NCBI GenBank assembly: GCA_040219135.1
Contig: JAVJTA010000021.1
Location: 75,628 to 139,627 of the forward strand
Reading direction: 5' to 3'
DNA: 64,000 nt
From: Pseudomonadales bacterium
GTDB taxonomy: Bacteria > Pseudomonadota > Gammaproteobacteria > Pseudomonadales > Azotimanducaceae
The translations under genes were made by a program, and so were the position numbers. Below are positions 17,776 to 26,428 of the stretch, in pieces. Below the pieces are notes generated by a model. That model was not told the origin of the DNA, made no database searches, and worked only from the letters and a program-made list of their open reading frames with translations. How positions within the stretch are numbered: the stretch's first letter is position 1; each line of letters starts with the position of its first letter.

Positions 17776-17841
17776 ATCGCAGCCGCCAGGGTTTCCGGGC
17801 TGCAGCGGTCCACGGGGAACGACCGCGCGGCGCCGTCCGAC

Positions 17842-19137
17842 TCAAACGTCCGTTTGCGGCGCCTTCATGATGATCTCCCGGTGCGGGTACGGAATGTTCA
17901 CACCGTGCTCCTTGAACGCATCCCAGACCGCCAGCAGCACCTGACCACGCACGTTGGTGAGACCGTTCTGGGGGTCGCGGATCCAGAACCGGAGCAGGAA
18001 GTCGAGGGACGAATCACCGAACCCGGTGAGCCAGCACACCGGGTTCCGCCCGCTGACGACTCGATCCACAGTCGACGCCGCTTCGATCGCCAGCGCGCTC
18101 ACCTGGTGCGGGTCCGAGTTGTAGGAGACCCCGAACGGAACGTCGAGACGCACCAGCTCGTCGGAGAACGACCAGTTGATGACCTCCCGGGTGATGAAGT
18201 CCTCGTTGGGAATGAGGTACTCGCGGCCGTCGCGGGTGACCACCGAGACGAAGCGCGCGCGCAGCTCGCGGATCCAGCCGAATGTCTCCCCCAGGGAGAT
18301 GGTGTCGCCGGGTTTGATGGAGCGGTCGAGGAGAATGATGATGCCGGAGATGAAGTTGGACACCACCTTCTGCAGACCGAAGCCGACGCCGACACCGACG
18401 GCGCCGGAGAACACCGTGAACATGGTGAGGTCGAGGCCGAGCCCGGACAGAGCGATCATGGTGGCGAGCACAACCAGGGTGATCTTCAGCACCTTGCCGA
18501 TGAGCACCCGCATCGACGGCGTCAGCTCGTCAGACCGCTGAATGCGGTTGTCGAGGAAGTTGCCCAGGCCGAAGGCAATCCACAGCAGCGTGCTCAGCAC
18601 CACCACGGTCTTGATCACCAGCAGCAGCGAGATGCGGATGTTGCCCACGGTGAAGCCGGCGTCGTCGAGCAATGCCGCCGCTTCGCTGGCGATGCCCAGC
18701 ACCAGCAGGGCGACGTAGCTCCACACGACGATGGCGATGAGCCGTGACAGCGCCCGGCTGCGCACGGTGTGGGAGAGCACGGAGATCACCAGCCACGCCA
18801 GCACCAGCAGCAGCGCCGTGTAGCTCAGACCGGTGTTCTCGGGCCAGCCGATGGCGCGCAGGATGAGCAGAGCGACGCCGAGAAAGGCCACCAGGAACAC
18901 CCACTCGAGACGCCGCAGCAGGGCGATCACCAGGCGCAGCAGGCCCGGGTTGCCCTTGATGGCGCGGGCGCGCTCCTCGAAGGGCGGCTCGAGTTTCCAC
19001 GACAGGACCAGGGCGACGCCGTAGGCGACCGCCACGATGGCGAGCTGCAGCAGGATGTCCATCTGACTGGCGAGGTCCACGACACGCTGCCAGAGGCCCG
19101 TCGCTTCCTGGAGCAGTTGCTCGGCTTCGAAATCCAC
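17842..19137 (-). CDS. Mechanosensitive ion channel (MscS family) protein
   Basis: 431 aa with multiple N-terminal TM segments. Conserved MscS core: GAVGVGVGFGLQKVVSNFISGIIILLDRSIKPGDTI ... VTRDGREYLIPNEDFITREVINWS. Confidence 0.9.
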   Translation of the reverse strand: MDFEAEQLLQEATGLWQRVVDLASQMDILLQLAIVAVAYGVALVLSWKLEPPFEERARAIKGNPGLLRLVIALLRRLEWVFLVAFLGVALLILRAIGWPENTGLSYTALLLVLAWLVISVLSHTVRSRALSRLIAIVVWSYVALLVLGIASEAAALLDDAGFTVGNIRISLLLVIKTVVVLSTLLWIAFGLGNFLDNRIQRSDELTPSMRVLIGKVLKITLVVLATMIALSGLGLDLTMFTVFSGAVGVGVGFGLQKVVSNFISGIIILLDRSIKPGDTISLGETFGWIRELRARFVSVVTRDGREYLIPNEDFITREVINWSFSDELVRLDVPFGVSYNSDPHQVSALAIEAASTVDRVVSGRNPVCWLTGFGDSSLDFLLRFWIRDPQNGLTNVRGQVLLAVWDAFKEHGVNIPYPHREIIMKAPQTDV

Positions 19138-19332
19138 TAGTACGGGCGCACCATCAGGTCACTGATCCGACGGTCCAGCCAAACGGGACCGTCCCGGGTT
19201 CCAATGCGCTGATCATACGCGGTGCCCGCCGTACGGCCACCCTGCGACCGGCGTACCGGGCGCAACCACGATCAAGCGATTCCGGCAGAATCGAACTATC
19301 TTCACCCCGCCTGACCAACGGAAGCCGCCCGG

Positions 19333-20169
19333 ATGAACGCCATCGACAAGGCGATCTGGTACATCGAAGCCCACTACCGCGAGCGTATCTCCCTGGGGAC
19401 CCTCGCGCAGGTCGCCGGCGTCTCGCGCTATCACCTGAGCCGGATGTTCTGCTACAGGGTCGGCCAGCCTTTCAGCCGCTACCTGCGCATGCGCCGCCTG
19501 TCGCGGGCGGCCATCGAGCTCGCGGCCGGGGAATCCGACATCCTCGATCTGGCGCTGTCGCTCGGCTACGGCTCCCACGAGGCTTTTTCGAGAGCCTTCA
19601 AGGAGCATTTCCAGCAGACGCCCGAGCAGGTCAGAAAGCAGGGACACACTCAGCATCTCGACCTCATGGAGCCGATTCGCATGCAGACGATCACAACCGC
19701 CTCGCTGAAGGAGCCCCGGTTCGAAGACACCGGCAGGCTCACCATCGCTGGAATATCGCGGCACTACCCGTTCGAGCGGGTAGCCGAGATCCCGGAACAA
19801 TGGCAGTCGTTCGTGCCGCTCATGGCGCGCCTGACCCGATCACCGAAGCCGGTGACCTACGGCGTGATCTACAACTCGGGTCACGACAGCTTCGACTACC
19901 TCACCGGGGTCGAACTGCCCAAGGGGGACGCTGCGCCCGAAAACGTGGTGCGGCTGGATCTCGCGCCCCAGCGCTACGCCGTGTTCGCACATGCCGGGCA
20001 CGTCGCCGCGGTGCGGGAAACCTGCGAAGCCATCTGGGCCGACTGGCTCCCCGCGTCCGGGAGACAGGTCATCGAAGCGCCCTGGTTCGAACGCTACGGC
20101 GACGCCTTCGATCCGCAGACCGGCGAGGGCGGGCTGGAGATCTGGATCCCCGTTGGTGCCGGGCATTAG
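19333..20169 (+). CDS. AraC family transcriptional regulator with GyrI-like effector domain
   Basis: 278 aa. N-terminal AraC HTH pair (LAQVAGVSRYHLSRMF ... LSLGYGSHEAFSRAFKEHF). The C-terminal half is GyrI/SbmC-like. Confidence 0.9.
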   Translation: MNAIDKAIWYIEAHYRERISLGTLAQVAGVSRYHLSRMFCYRVGQPFSRYLRMRRLSRAAIELAAGESDILDLALSLGYGSHEAFSRAFKEHFQQTPEQVRKQGHTQHLDLMEPIRMQTITTASLKEPRFEDTGRLTIAGISRHYPFERVAEIPEQWQSFVPLMARLTRSPKPVTYGVIYNSGHDSFDYLTGVELPKGDAAPENVVRLDLAPQRYAVFAHAGHVAAVRETCEAIWADWLPASGRQVIEAPWFERYGDAFDPQTGEGGLEIWIPVGAGH

Positions 20170-20251
20170 CCTTTGACCTTCTGCGTTGGTCCCGACACGC
20201 AATCGCCTGCTGCAGAGGGCCGAAGCTCAATGCCCGGCACCGATTGGATGC

Positions 20252-21787
20252 TCAGGCGCTGGCGGTTCTCTTCGCCTTGCGCGCCTTCGCACGGCGCTTG
20301 CCGTCGTAGAGGAACTCGGCACCATCGAGGTCGGTGGCCGGAATCTCTTCGCGTTCGCGCCAGTAGTCCTGGTTGTGACGCCACTCCGACTTCGCGCCGC
20401 GGCGCGGCAGCCGGTCGAGATCGCGCATGAGGTAGTTCGGATTGAAGTTGTCCTGCTCGATCCAGGGCAGGATCTCCATGTCCTGGTCCTCGACGCGCAG
20501 CGCAACCTCCACGCGCTTTGCGCCGATCGCGTCCATGTGGTCGAGCAGCCGGCAGACGAAGTCGCCGAGCAGATCCACCCGCAGGGTCCAGCTCGCGCGG
20601 AAGTAGCCGAACACCCAGACCATGTTGGGCACGCCGGTGAACATCATGCCGCGGTAGTTGACGGTCTCGTGCCAGTCCACGGGCTTGCCGTCCACCTCGA
20701 ACGGGATCTCGCCCATCACTGACAGGTGGAAACCGGTGGCGGCGACGATGATGTCGGCCTCGAGCTCTTCGCCCGAGCCGGTGCGAACGCCCTTCTCTGT
20801 GAAGGTGTCGATGGTGTCGGTCACGACCGTGAGCTTGCCCGCAGCGGCGGCCTGGAACACATCGCCTTCCGGGCAGAATGCCAGACGCTGCTGCCAGGGC
20901 CGGTACTTCGGGGTGAAGTGAGGTTCGAACTCGAAGTCCTCGCCCGCGTACTGGCGGATCAATGCCTTGAGTTCCTCGAACACGGCATCCGGCTCAGCCA
21001 GGCAGCGCTCGGTGAGCACGTTCTGGTCGTGCATGATCTGGGCGCGCACCACCCGGTGCACGGTGGGCTCGTCGATGCCGATCTCGCGCAGCCGGTCGGC
21101 CAGCTCGTTCCGGTTCTCGCTGCAGAAGAAGTAGGTCGGCGAGCGCTGCAGCATGGTGACGTGGGCGGCCTTCTCGGCAAACTCCGGGATCACCGTGGCC
21201 GCGGTGGCGCCGGAGCCGATCACCAGCACCCGCTTGCCGGCAAAATCGATCTTCGGATCCCAGAGCTGGGCGTGGACGAACAGACCCCTGTACTTGTCCC
21301 TGCCCGGCCAGTCCGGGATGTACGGATGCTCGTGATCGTAGTAGCCCTGACACATCCACAGGAAGCTGCAGGTGAAGCTGGCCGTCGTGCCATCCGCCAG
21401 GCGGGTCGCCTCCACGGTCCAGAGGTCGTCCTCACGCGAGTAGCTGCACCGGGTGATGCGGTGGCCATAGCGGATGTTCTCGTCGATGCCGTTTTCCTCG
21501 ATCACCTCGCCCATGTACTCGAGAATGGCCTCGCCGCTGGCGATGGGCGGGCCGATCCAGGGCTTGAAGCGGTAGCCGAAGGTGTACAGATCCGAGTCGG
21601 AGCGGATGCCCGGGTACTTGTGGGTCTCCCAGGTGCCGCCGAAGGTGTCCTTCATCTCCAGGATCAGGTAACTCTTGTCCGGACACTGATCCTGCAGGTG
21701 ATAGGCCGAACCAATCCCGGAAATGCCAGCGCCGACGATCAGCACGTCGACGTGGGTCGCATTGCCGTTCTCTCGGATTTCTGCCAC
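20252..21787 (-). CDS. Flavin-dependent (Baeyer-Villiger/EthA-like) monooxygenase
   Basis: 511 aa. FAD motif VGAGISG, then FGGTW. BVMO-type fingerprint YRGLFVHAQLWD. A second Rossmann motif is GSGATA. Confidence 0.9.
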   Translation of the reverse strand: MAEIRENGNATHVDVLIVGAGISGIGSAYHLQDQCPDKSYLILEMKDTFGGTWETHKYPGIRSDSDLYTFGYRFKPWIGPPIASGEAILEYMGEVIEENGIDENIRYGHRITRCSYSREDDLWTVEATRLADGTTASFTCSFLWMCQGYYDHEHPYIPDWPGRDKYRGLFVHAQLWDPKIDFAGKRVLVIGSGATAATVIPEFAEKAAHVTMLQRSPTYFFCSENRNELADRLREIGIDEPTVHRVVRAQIMHDQNVLTERCLAEPDAVFEELKALIRQYAGEDFEFEPHFTPKYRPWQQRLAFCPEGDVFQAAAAGKLTVVTDTIDTFTEKGVRTGSGEELEADIIVAATGFHLSVMGEIPFEVDGKPVDWHETVNYRGMMFTGVPNMVWVFGYFRASWTLRVDLLGDFVCRLLDHMDAIGAKRVEVALRVEDQDMEILPWIEQDNFNPNYLMRDLDRLPRRGAKSEWRHNQDYWREREEIPATDLDGAEFLYDGKRRAKARKAKRTASA

Positions 21788-21945
21788 AGCTCTCTCCTCT
21801 CAAAGGCGATCGACCCGTTACGGCCGACGGAAGCCAACCAAACCTAGGTCGGCGATCGGGCGCGGACCATCCGGGATTCTACGGAGGGCCCGCCGCCGAC
21901 GCGAAATCGGGTATCTTTTCCAGTCCCGATTCGCAGGAGAGAGAC

Positions 21946-22821
21946 ATGGGCATCACCGTTGCCGACGTCGAACAGGCCCTGGCCCAGACCGCCGAACCGC
22001 AACCGGGCAGCTACAGCGACCGCGACAGCCTGCTTTATGCCGTTGCCATCGGTATGGGCCGGGACCCGCTGGACGCGAAGGAACTCGAGTATGTGTGCGA
22101 GACCGTGGGCTCGCGGGTGGTGCCCACCGCAGCCACGGTGCTGGCCCGCGCCCGACGCTCCGGCAATGCCGGCATGTCGCTGATGGCGAAGATGAACTTC
22201 GCCCTGATGCTGCACGGCGAGCAGCGCCTGACCGTGCACCAGCCGTTACCCGCTGCCGCCGAGATCCTGGTCGGCGGCCGCACCACGGGCGTCTACGACA
22301 AGGGCGAAGGCAAGGGCGCGCTGCTGACCAACGAGACCAGCGTGACCCTCGCCGACGGCGCGCCGCTGTTCACCCTGGGATCGACCCTGTTCTTCCGCGG
22401 CGACGGCGGTTTCGGCGGTAAGTCCGAGGGTGCGCCGGTACCGCACCCGCTGCCGGAACGCGAACCCGACGCCGTGTGCGAAATGCCCGGCCGCGCCGAT
22501 CAGGCCATGGTCTACGCCCTGTGCGGCGACCGCAATCCGCTGCACCGGGATCCGGCGTTCGCCAGGCGCGCCGGATTCGACCGGCCCATCCTGCACGGCC
22601 TGTGCTCCTATGGCATCGCCTGCCATGCGGTGTTGAAAACCCTGCTCGACTACGACCAGACCCGGATCACCGGCTTCGACGTGCGCTTCTCATCACCCGT
22701 CTATCCGGGGGAAACTCAGGTCGTGGACATGTGGCAGGACGAGGACGTCATCAGCTTCCGTGTGCGAATCAGGGAGCGCGACGTCGTCTCCATCAACAAC
22801 GGCCGGTGCACGATTCGCTGA
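21946..22821 (+). CDS. MaoC-family double hot-dog (R)-specific enoyl-CoA hydratase/dehydratase
   Basis: 291 aa. The C-terminal hot-dog domain carries the hydratase motif GDRNPLHRDPAFARRAGFDRPILHG. The N-terminal half is a degenerate hot-dog domain. Confidence 0.85.
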   Translation: MGITVADVEQALAQTAEPQPGSYSDRDSLLYAVAIGMGRDPLDAKELEYVCETVGSRVVPTAATVLARARRSGNAGMSLMAKMNFALMLHGEQRLTVHQPLPAAAEILVGGRTTGVYDKGEGKGALLTNETSVTLADGAPLFTLGSTLFFRGDGGFGGKSEGAPVPHPLPEREPDAVCEMPGRADQAMVYALCGDRNPLHRDPAFARRAGFDRPILHGLCSYGIACHAVLKTLLDYDQTRITGFDVRFSSPVYPGETQVVDMWQDEDVISFRVRIRERDVVSINNGRCTIR

Positions 22822-22853
22822 CAGACGAGCAGCGGCCCGGCACGCCAAGGAGC

Positions 22854-24236
22854 ATGGACCTGTACACCGGCGACAGAACCTCGCGGATCTCATACCTGTG
22901 GCGCGCGGGCGCGGTGCCAGGCCGGCGGGCGCTGCTGGCGGGCTCCCTGTGCCTCGCCATGCTGTGCGGCCTGCCCTCTTCGGCAGTCGCGTACCCGCTG
23001 GATGGCGCGGAGGATTCCGGCATCCGCAGGCTGATCGGCTACCGCAACGCTCAGCAGGCGCCCAGCGGACCGAAGATCGCCAGCGGAGGTCTGCTGGCCA
23101 CCACCGACATCCGGCTGACCCTGATCAAGCAGGCGGACGCGCCGATGTTCGATACCCAACCGATGGATCCCGAGTTGCTGACGGCGGTGGAAAGCATCTT
23201 TGCCGAGCGCGATCCGAGCAACGGATTCGTGGTGGTCGATCTGTCGCAGCCAGACCGGATCGTCTGGGCCGGCGTGCGACCCGACGTGCGGCAGAACCCG
23301 GGCAGCGTCGGCAAACTGCTGCCGCTGATCGCCCTGTTCGACGGGCTCGCCCGGGCATTTCCAGACGTGGAAGCGCGCAAACGCGTGCTGCGCGAGACTC
23401 AGGTCACCGGCGCTGACTGGACCCTTTCCGATGAGCATGCTGTACCGAAGTTCGATGCCGAGACCGGCACCAACACCTTCAGCATCATTCGGCCCGAAGA
23501 CACCTTCACGCTCGCGGAATGGATCGACCACATGGTCTCGGCCTCCGCCAATGCCGCCGGATCGGTGGTGTGGCGCGAGGCCATGCTGCTCCGGCACTTC
23601 GGCAGTCGATACCCGGTCCCCGCCGCGGAGGCCGAGGCGTTCTTCCGCAACACCCCGAAGCGGGCGCTCACCGATCTCAGCCAGCAGGTGGTGAACGAAC
23701 CGCTCGCCGGTCTGGACATCCGGCTCGCCGACCTGCAGCAGGGTTCCATGTTCACCCGTGTCGGCAAACAGTACGTGCCCGGCATTCAGAGCTACGCAAC
23801 GCCCCGCACCCTGGCGCAGCTGCTCTTCCGATTGGAGCAGGGCCGCCTCGTCGATGCCTGGTCGAGCCTGGAGATGAAGCGCTACCTGTACATGACCAAA
23901 CGCCGCTACCGCTACGCCTACGCACCGGAACTCGCCAGAGCAGCCATCTACTTCAAGAGCGGCTCGCTGTACCAGTGCCGCGCCGAGGAGGGCTACCGTT
24001 GCGGCAAGTACATGGGCAACAGCAAGAACTTCATGAACGTCGTGACCATCGTCGAGTGGCCGGGCACCCAGACGCGGTATCTCATCGCGCTGATGTCCAA
24101 CGTATTGAAAGTGAATTCCGCCTGGGATCACGCCCGGCTCGCTGTCGCCATCGACGAGGCGGTACGCACCCGCGCCCCCGTCGTGGTGGAGGAAGAGGGG
24201 ACGACGGCAGAAGTCGAAGGCTCGGGCCGCAGCTAG
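22854..24236 (+). CDS. Exported serine hydrolase with class A beta-lactamase-like motifs
   Basis: ATG at 22854 after AAGGAG. RR-containing signal GRRALLAGSLCLAMLCGLPSSAVA. SxxK (SVGK), SxN (SAN in VSASANAAG) and KSG (YFKSGS) occur in the correct order. Confidence 0.65.
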   Translation: MDLYTGDRTSRISYLWRAGAVPGRRALLAGSLCLAMLCGLPSSAVAYPLDGAEDSGIRRLIGYRNAQQAPSGPKIASGGLLATTDIRLTLIKQADAPMFDTQPMDPELLTAVESIFAERDPSNGFVVVDLSQPDRIVWAGVRPDVRQNPGSVGKLLPLIALFDGLARAFPDVEARKRVLRETQVTGADWTLSDEHAVPKFDAETGTNTFSIIRPEDTFTLAEWIDHMVSASANAAGSVVWREAMLLRHFGSRYPVPAAEAEAFFRNTPKRALTDLSQQVVNEPLAGLDIRLADLQQGSMFTRVGKQYVPGIQSYATPRTLAQLLFRLEQGRLVDAWSSLEMKRYLYMTKRRYRYAYAPELARAAIYFKSGSLYQCRAEEGYRCGKYMGNSKNFMNVVTIVEWPGTQTRYLIALMSNVLKVNSAWDHARLAVAIDEAVRTRAPVVVEEEGTTAEVEGSGRS

Positions 24237-24303
24237 TCCCGCGGTGCGCGGCAGGCGATGGCGGAACCGCCACGACGAGCGACCGGCAGTCGGCGCTGCC
24301 GCT

Positions 24304-24963
24304 TCAAACGATCTCGCTATCCTGACCCATGCCCGACCACAGCAGCGCGGTGATCTGATCGATCACCACCTCGATGTCCGGCGTCTGTTCGCGCAGCCAC
24401 CACAGCGTCACGAAGTGCATGGCCCCGAGCAGCCCGTACGACCAGACGGTCGCCACGGCGGGATCGGCGCCGCGCGCGCTGCGATAAGCCGCAATGGGAT
24501 CAGCGAACTGGCTCGCGGCGCCGTCGGCGAGAAGCAGAGACTGCGCAACGCGATCGTCGCCGGTAACCCCCGCCGTGACGAAGAGATACAGATGACGGTC
24601 ACGAGCGGCGAGATCCAGGTACCCGGCAATGAGATTTCGCAATCCCTCCCGCGGCGCCGAGGCCTGTGCGACCAGCCGTGACGTCGCCTCCGCCATGCGC
24701 ACGGCCAGGCGTTCCGCCAGGGCGTTTACCAGCGCGTCCTTGTCGCCCACCTCACGGTAGAGAGTCGGTTTGGTGACTCCTGCCTCGTTCGCGATCGCCT
24801 CGAGCGACACGGTCGGGCCGCGTTCACGGATGAGCTTCTCGGCGGCGGCCAGAAGCGTGCTGCGATCGGCGATTACCCCGTCTGCCGTGGTACGTCCCGC
24901 CGGCCGGCCACGGGGCCGAGGCGCCTTATGAGCGGGGCGCAGGGTTCTGTTTCCGATCGTCAT
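24304..24963 (-). CDS. TetR/AcrR family transcriptional regulator
   Basis: 219 aa. N-terminal HTH SLEAIANEAGVTKPTLYREVGDKDAL. Divergent from the carotenoid oxygenase gene. Confidence 0.9.
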   Translation of the reverse strand: MTIGNRTLRPAHKAPRPRGRPAGRTTADGVIADRSTLLAAAEKLIRERGPTVSLEAIANEAGVTKPTLYREVGDKDALVNALAERLAVRMAEATSRLVAQASAPREGLRNLIAGYLDLAARDRHLYLFVTAGVTGDDRVAQSLLLADGAASQFADPIAAYRSARGADPAVATVWSYGLLGAMHFVTLWWLREQTPDIEVVIDQITALLWSGMGQDSEIV

Positions 24964-24970
24964 GCTCTTA

Positions 24971-25011
24971 AATTACCATCGGTAGATTTTTCTCGCGAGC
25001 CGAATTACCAT
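24971..25011. promoter_or_regulatory. Putative TetR operator region (AATTACCAT direct repeat plus inverted repeat)
   Basis: AATTACCAT occurs at 24971-24979 and 25003-25011. The first copy is part of the inverted repeat TACC-ATC-GGTA (24974-24984). The region is an AT-rich patch in the 80-nt divergent intergenic gap. Confidence 0.3.
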
Positions 25012-25043
25012 GACCCCCGCCTATCCACTGGGGAGATTTCATC

Positions 25044-26396
25044 ATGGCAGCCGTTCTCGACAGCACTCCGTCTCATCTGCGCGGCAACGGGCGACCGGTG
25101 ACCGAAGAGCAGACCATCACGGAGCTGAAGGTAACCGGGTCGATACCGCGCGAACTCGACGGTCGCTACGTGCGCAACGGCGCCAATCCGCTCAGCGGCA
25201 CCAGCGCGCATCCGTTCTTCGGCGACGGCATGCTGCACGGCGTGCGTCTGCGTTACGGCAAGGCGCAGTGGTATCGCAACCGCTACGTGCAGACCCCGTT
25301 CATCAGGAATCCGTCCGTCGACATTCTCGATCCGTCGGTGATGATGGACATGACCGCATCAAAAGCGAACACCCACGTGGTCGGCCACGCGGGCCGGATC
25401 CTCGCGCTGGAGGAAGGCCACTTCCCCTACGTGGTCGACGGCAATCTCGAAACCGTGGGCTCCCTCAATTTCGGCGGCACGCTCAAGGGATCGTTCACCG
25501 CCCACCCGAAGATCTGTCCCGTCACCGGCGAGCTGCTCGCCTTCGGCTACTCGGCCATCGAGCCTTACCTGCGCTACCTGCGCGTGTCCGCCGAGGGCGA
25601 TCTGGTGCAGACGGAGAACATCACGGTCGGCGGACCGACGATGATGCACGACTTCAACGTCACCCGGAATCACGTGGTATTCATGGACCTGCCGGCCGTG
25701 TTCAACATGGAACTGGCCATGAGCGGCGACATGCCGATCCGCTGGGACGACGACTATCCGGCGCGTCTCGGGGTCATGCCGCGCGATGGCACGGATGCCC
25801 AGGTGACCTGGTACGACATCGACCCCTGCTACGTCTTCCACCCCATGAACTCCTACGAGGATGGCGACAACATCGTCCTCGACGTCGCCCGGTTCAGCCA
25901 CATCTGGCGCGACTCGGCCATGGACTTCCCGCCGCCCAGCCTCTGGCGCTGGACCATCGATACCCGCAGCGGCAAGGTCCGGGAAGAACAGATCGACGAC
26001 CGGTCCGCCGAGTTTCCCCGGGTCGCCGACAGCGTGATCGGTCTGAAGCATCGCTACGGCTACATGATGGCGATGTCGGAAGGCGCCAGTTCCGACGATC
26101 CCATGGCCACCTCAGGCGCGATCCTGAAATACGACCGTCAGACCGGCAAGCGTACGGACATCGAGTTCGGACGCGGCCGGACCGGCGGCGAGCCGGTGTT
26201 CGTGCCCTCTGCCAGTCCCACGAGCGAGGACGACGGCTATCTGATGACCTATGTGTACGACGCCGCGTCGGATACCAGCCAGTTCGTCATCATGGACGCC
26301 GCCAGCATGGACGCCACGCCGGTGGCGACCATCGACCTGCCGCGCATTCCCAACGGTTTCCACGGCAGCTGGATTCCGGCGTCGGTCGCGGACTGA
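25044..26396 (+). CDS. Carotenoid oxygenase family protein (RPE65/CCD/lignostilbene dioxygenase-like), cytoplasmic copy
   Basis: 450 aa. N-terminal family pattern VTGSIPRELDGRYVRNGANP ... HPFFGDGMLHGVRL ... WYRNRYV. Conserved His-containing blades are present (FTAHPK, MMHDF, YVFHPMN). GGGGAGA SD. Confidence 0.9.
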   Translation: MAAVLDSTPSHLRGNGRPVTEEQTITELKVTGSIPRELDGRYVRNGANPLSGTSAHPFFGDGMLHGVRLRYGKAQWYRNRYVQTPFIRNPSVDILDPSVMMDMTASKANTHVVGHAGRILALEEGHFPYVVDGNLETVGSLNFGGTLKGSFTAHPKICPVTGELLAFGYSAIEPYLRYLRVSAEGDLVQTENITVGGPTMMHDFNVTRNHVVFMDLPAVFNMELAMSGDMPIRWDDDYPARLGVMPRDGTDAQVTWYDIDPCYVFHPMNSYEDGDNIVLDVARFSHIWRDSAMDFPPPSLWRWTIDTRSGKVREEQIDDRSAEFPRVADSVIGLKHRYGYMMAMSEGASSDDPMATSGAILKYDRQTGKRTDIEFGRGRTGGEPVFVPSASPTSEDDGYLMTYVYDAASDTSQFVIMDAASMDATPVATIDLPRIPNGFHGSWIPASVAD

Positions 26397-26428
26397 CGGC
26401 GGCTCGGTTCCGCTGCCCGATCCGGGGA

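Noticed and set aside
17776-18747. Continuation of the OmpA_C frame for ~970 nt through the MscS gene
   Set aside because: It lies antisense to a very well supported MscS gene and has low-complexity composition (E/D/H/R/G-rich). It is treated as absence of a stop, not as a real C-terminal extension.
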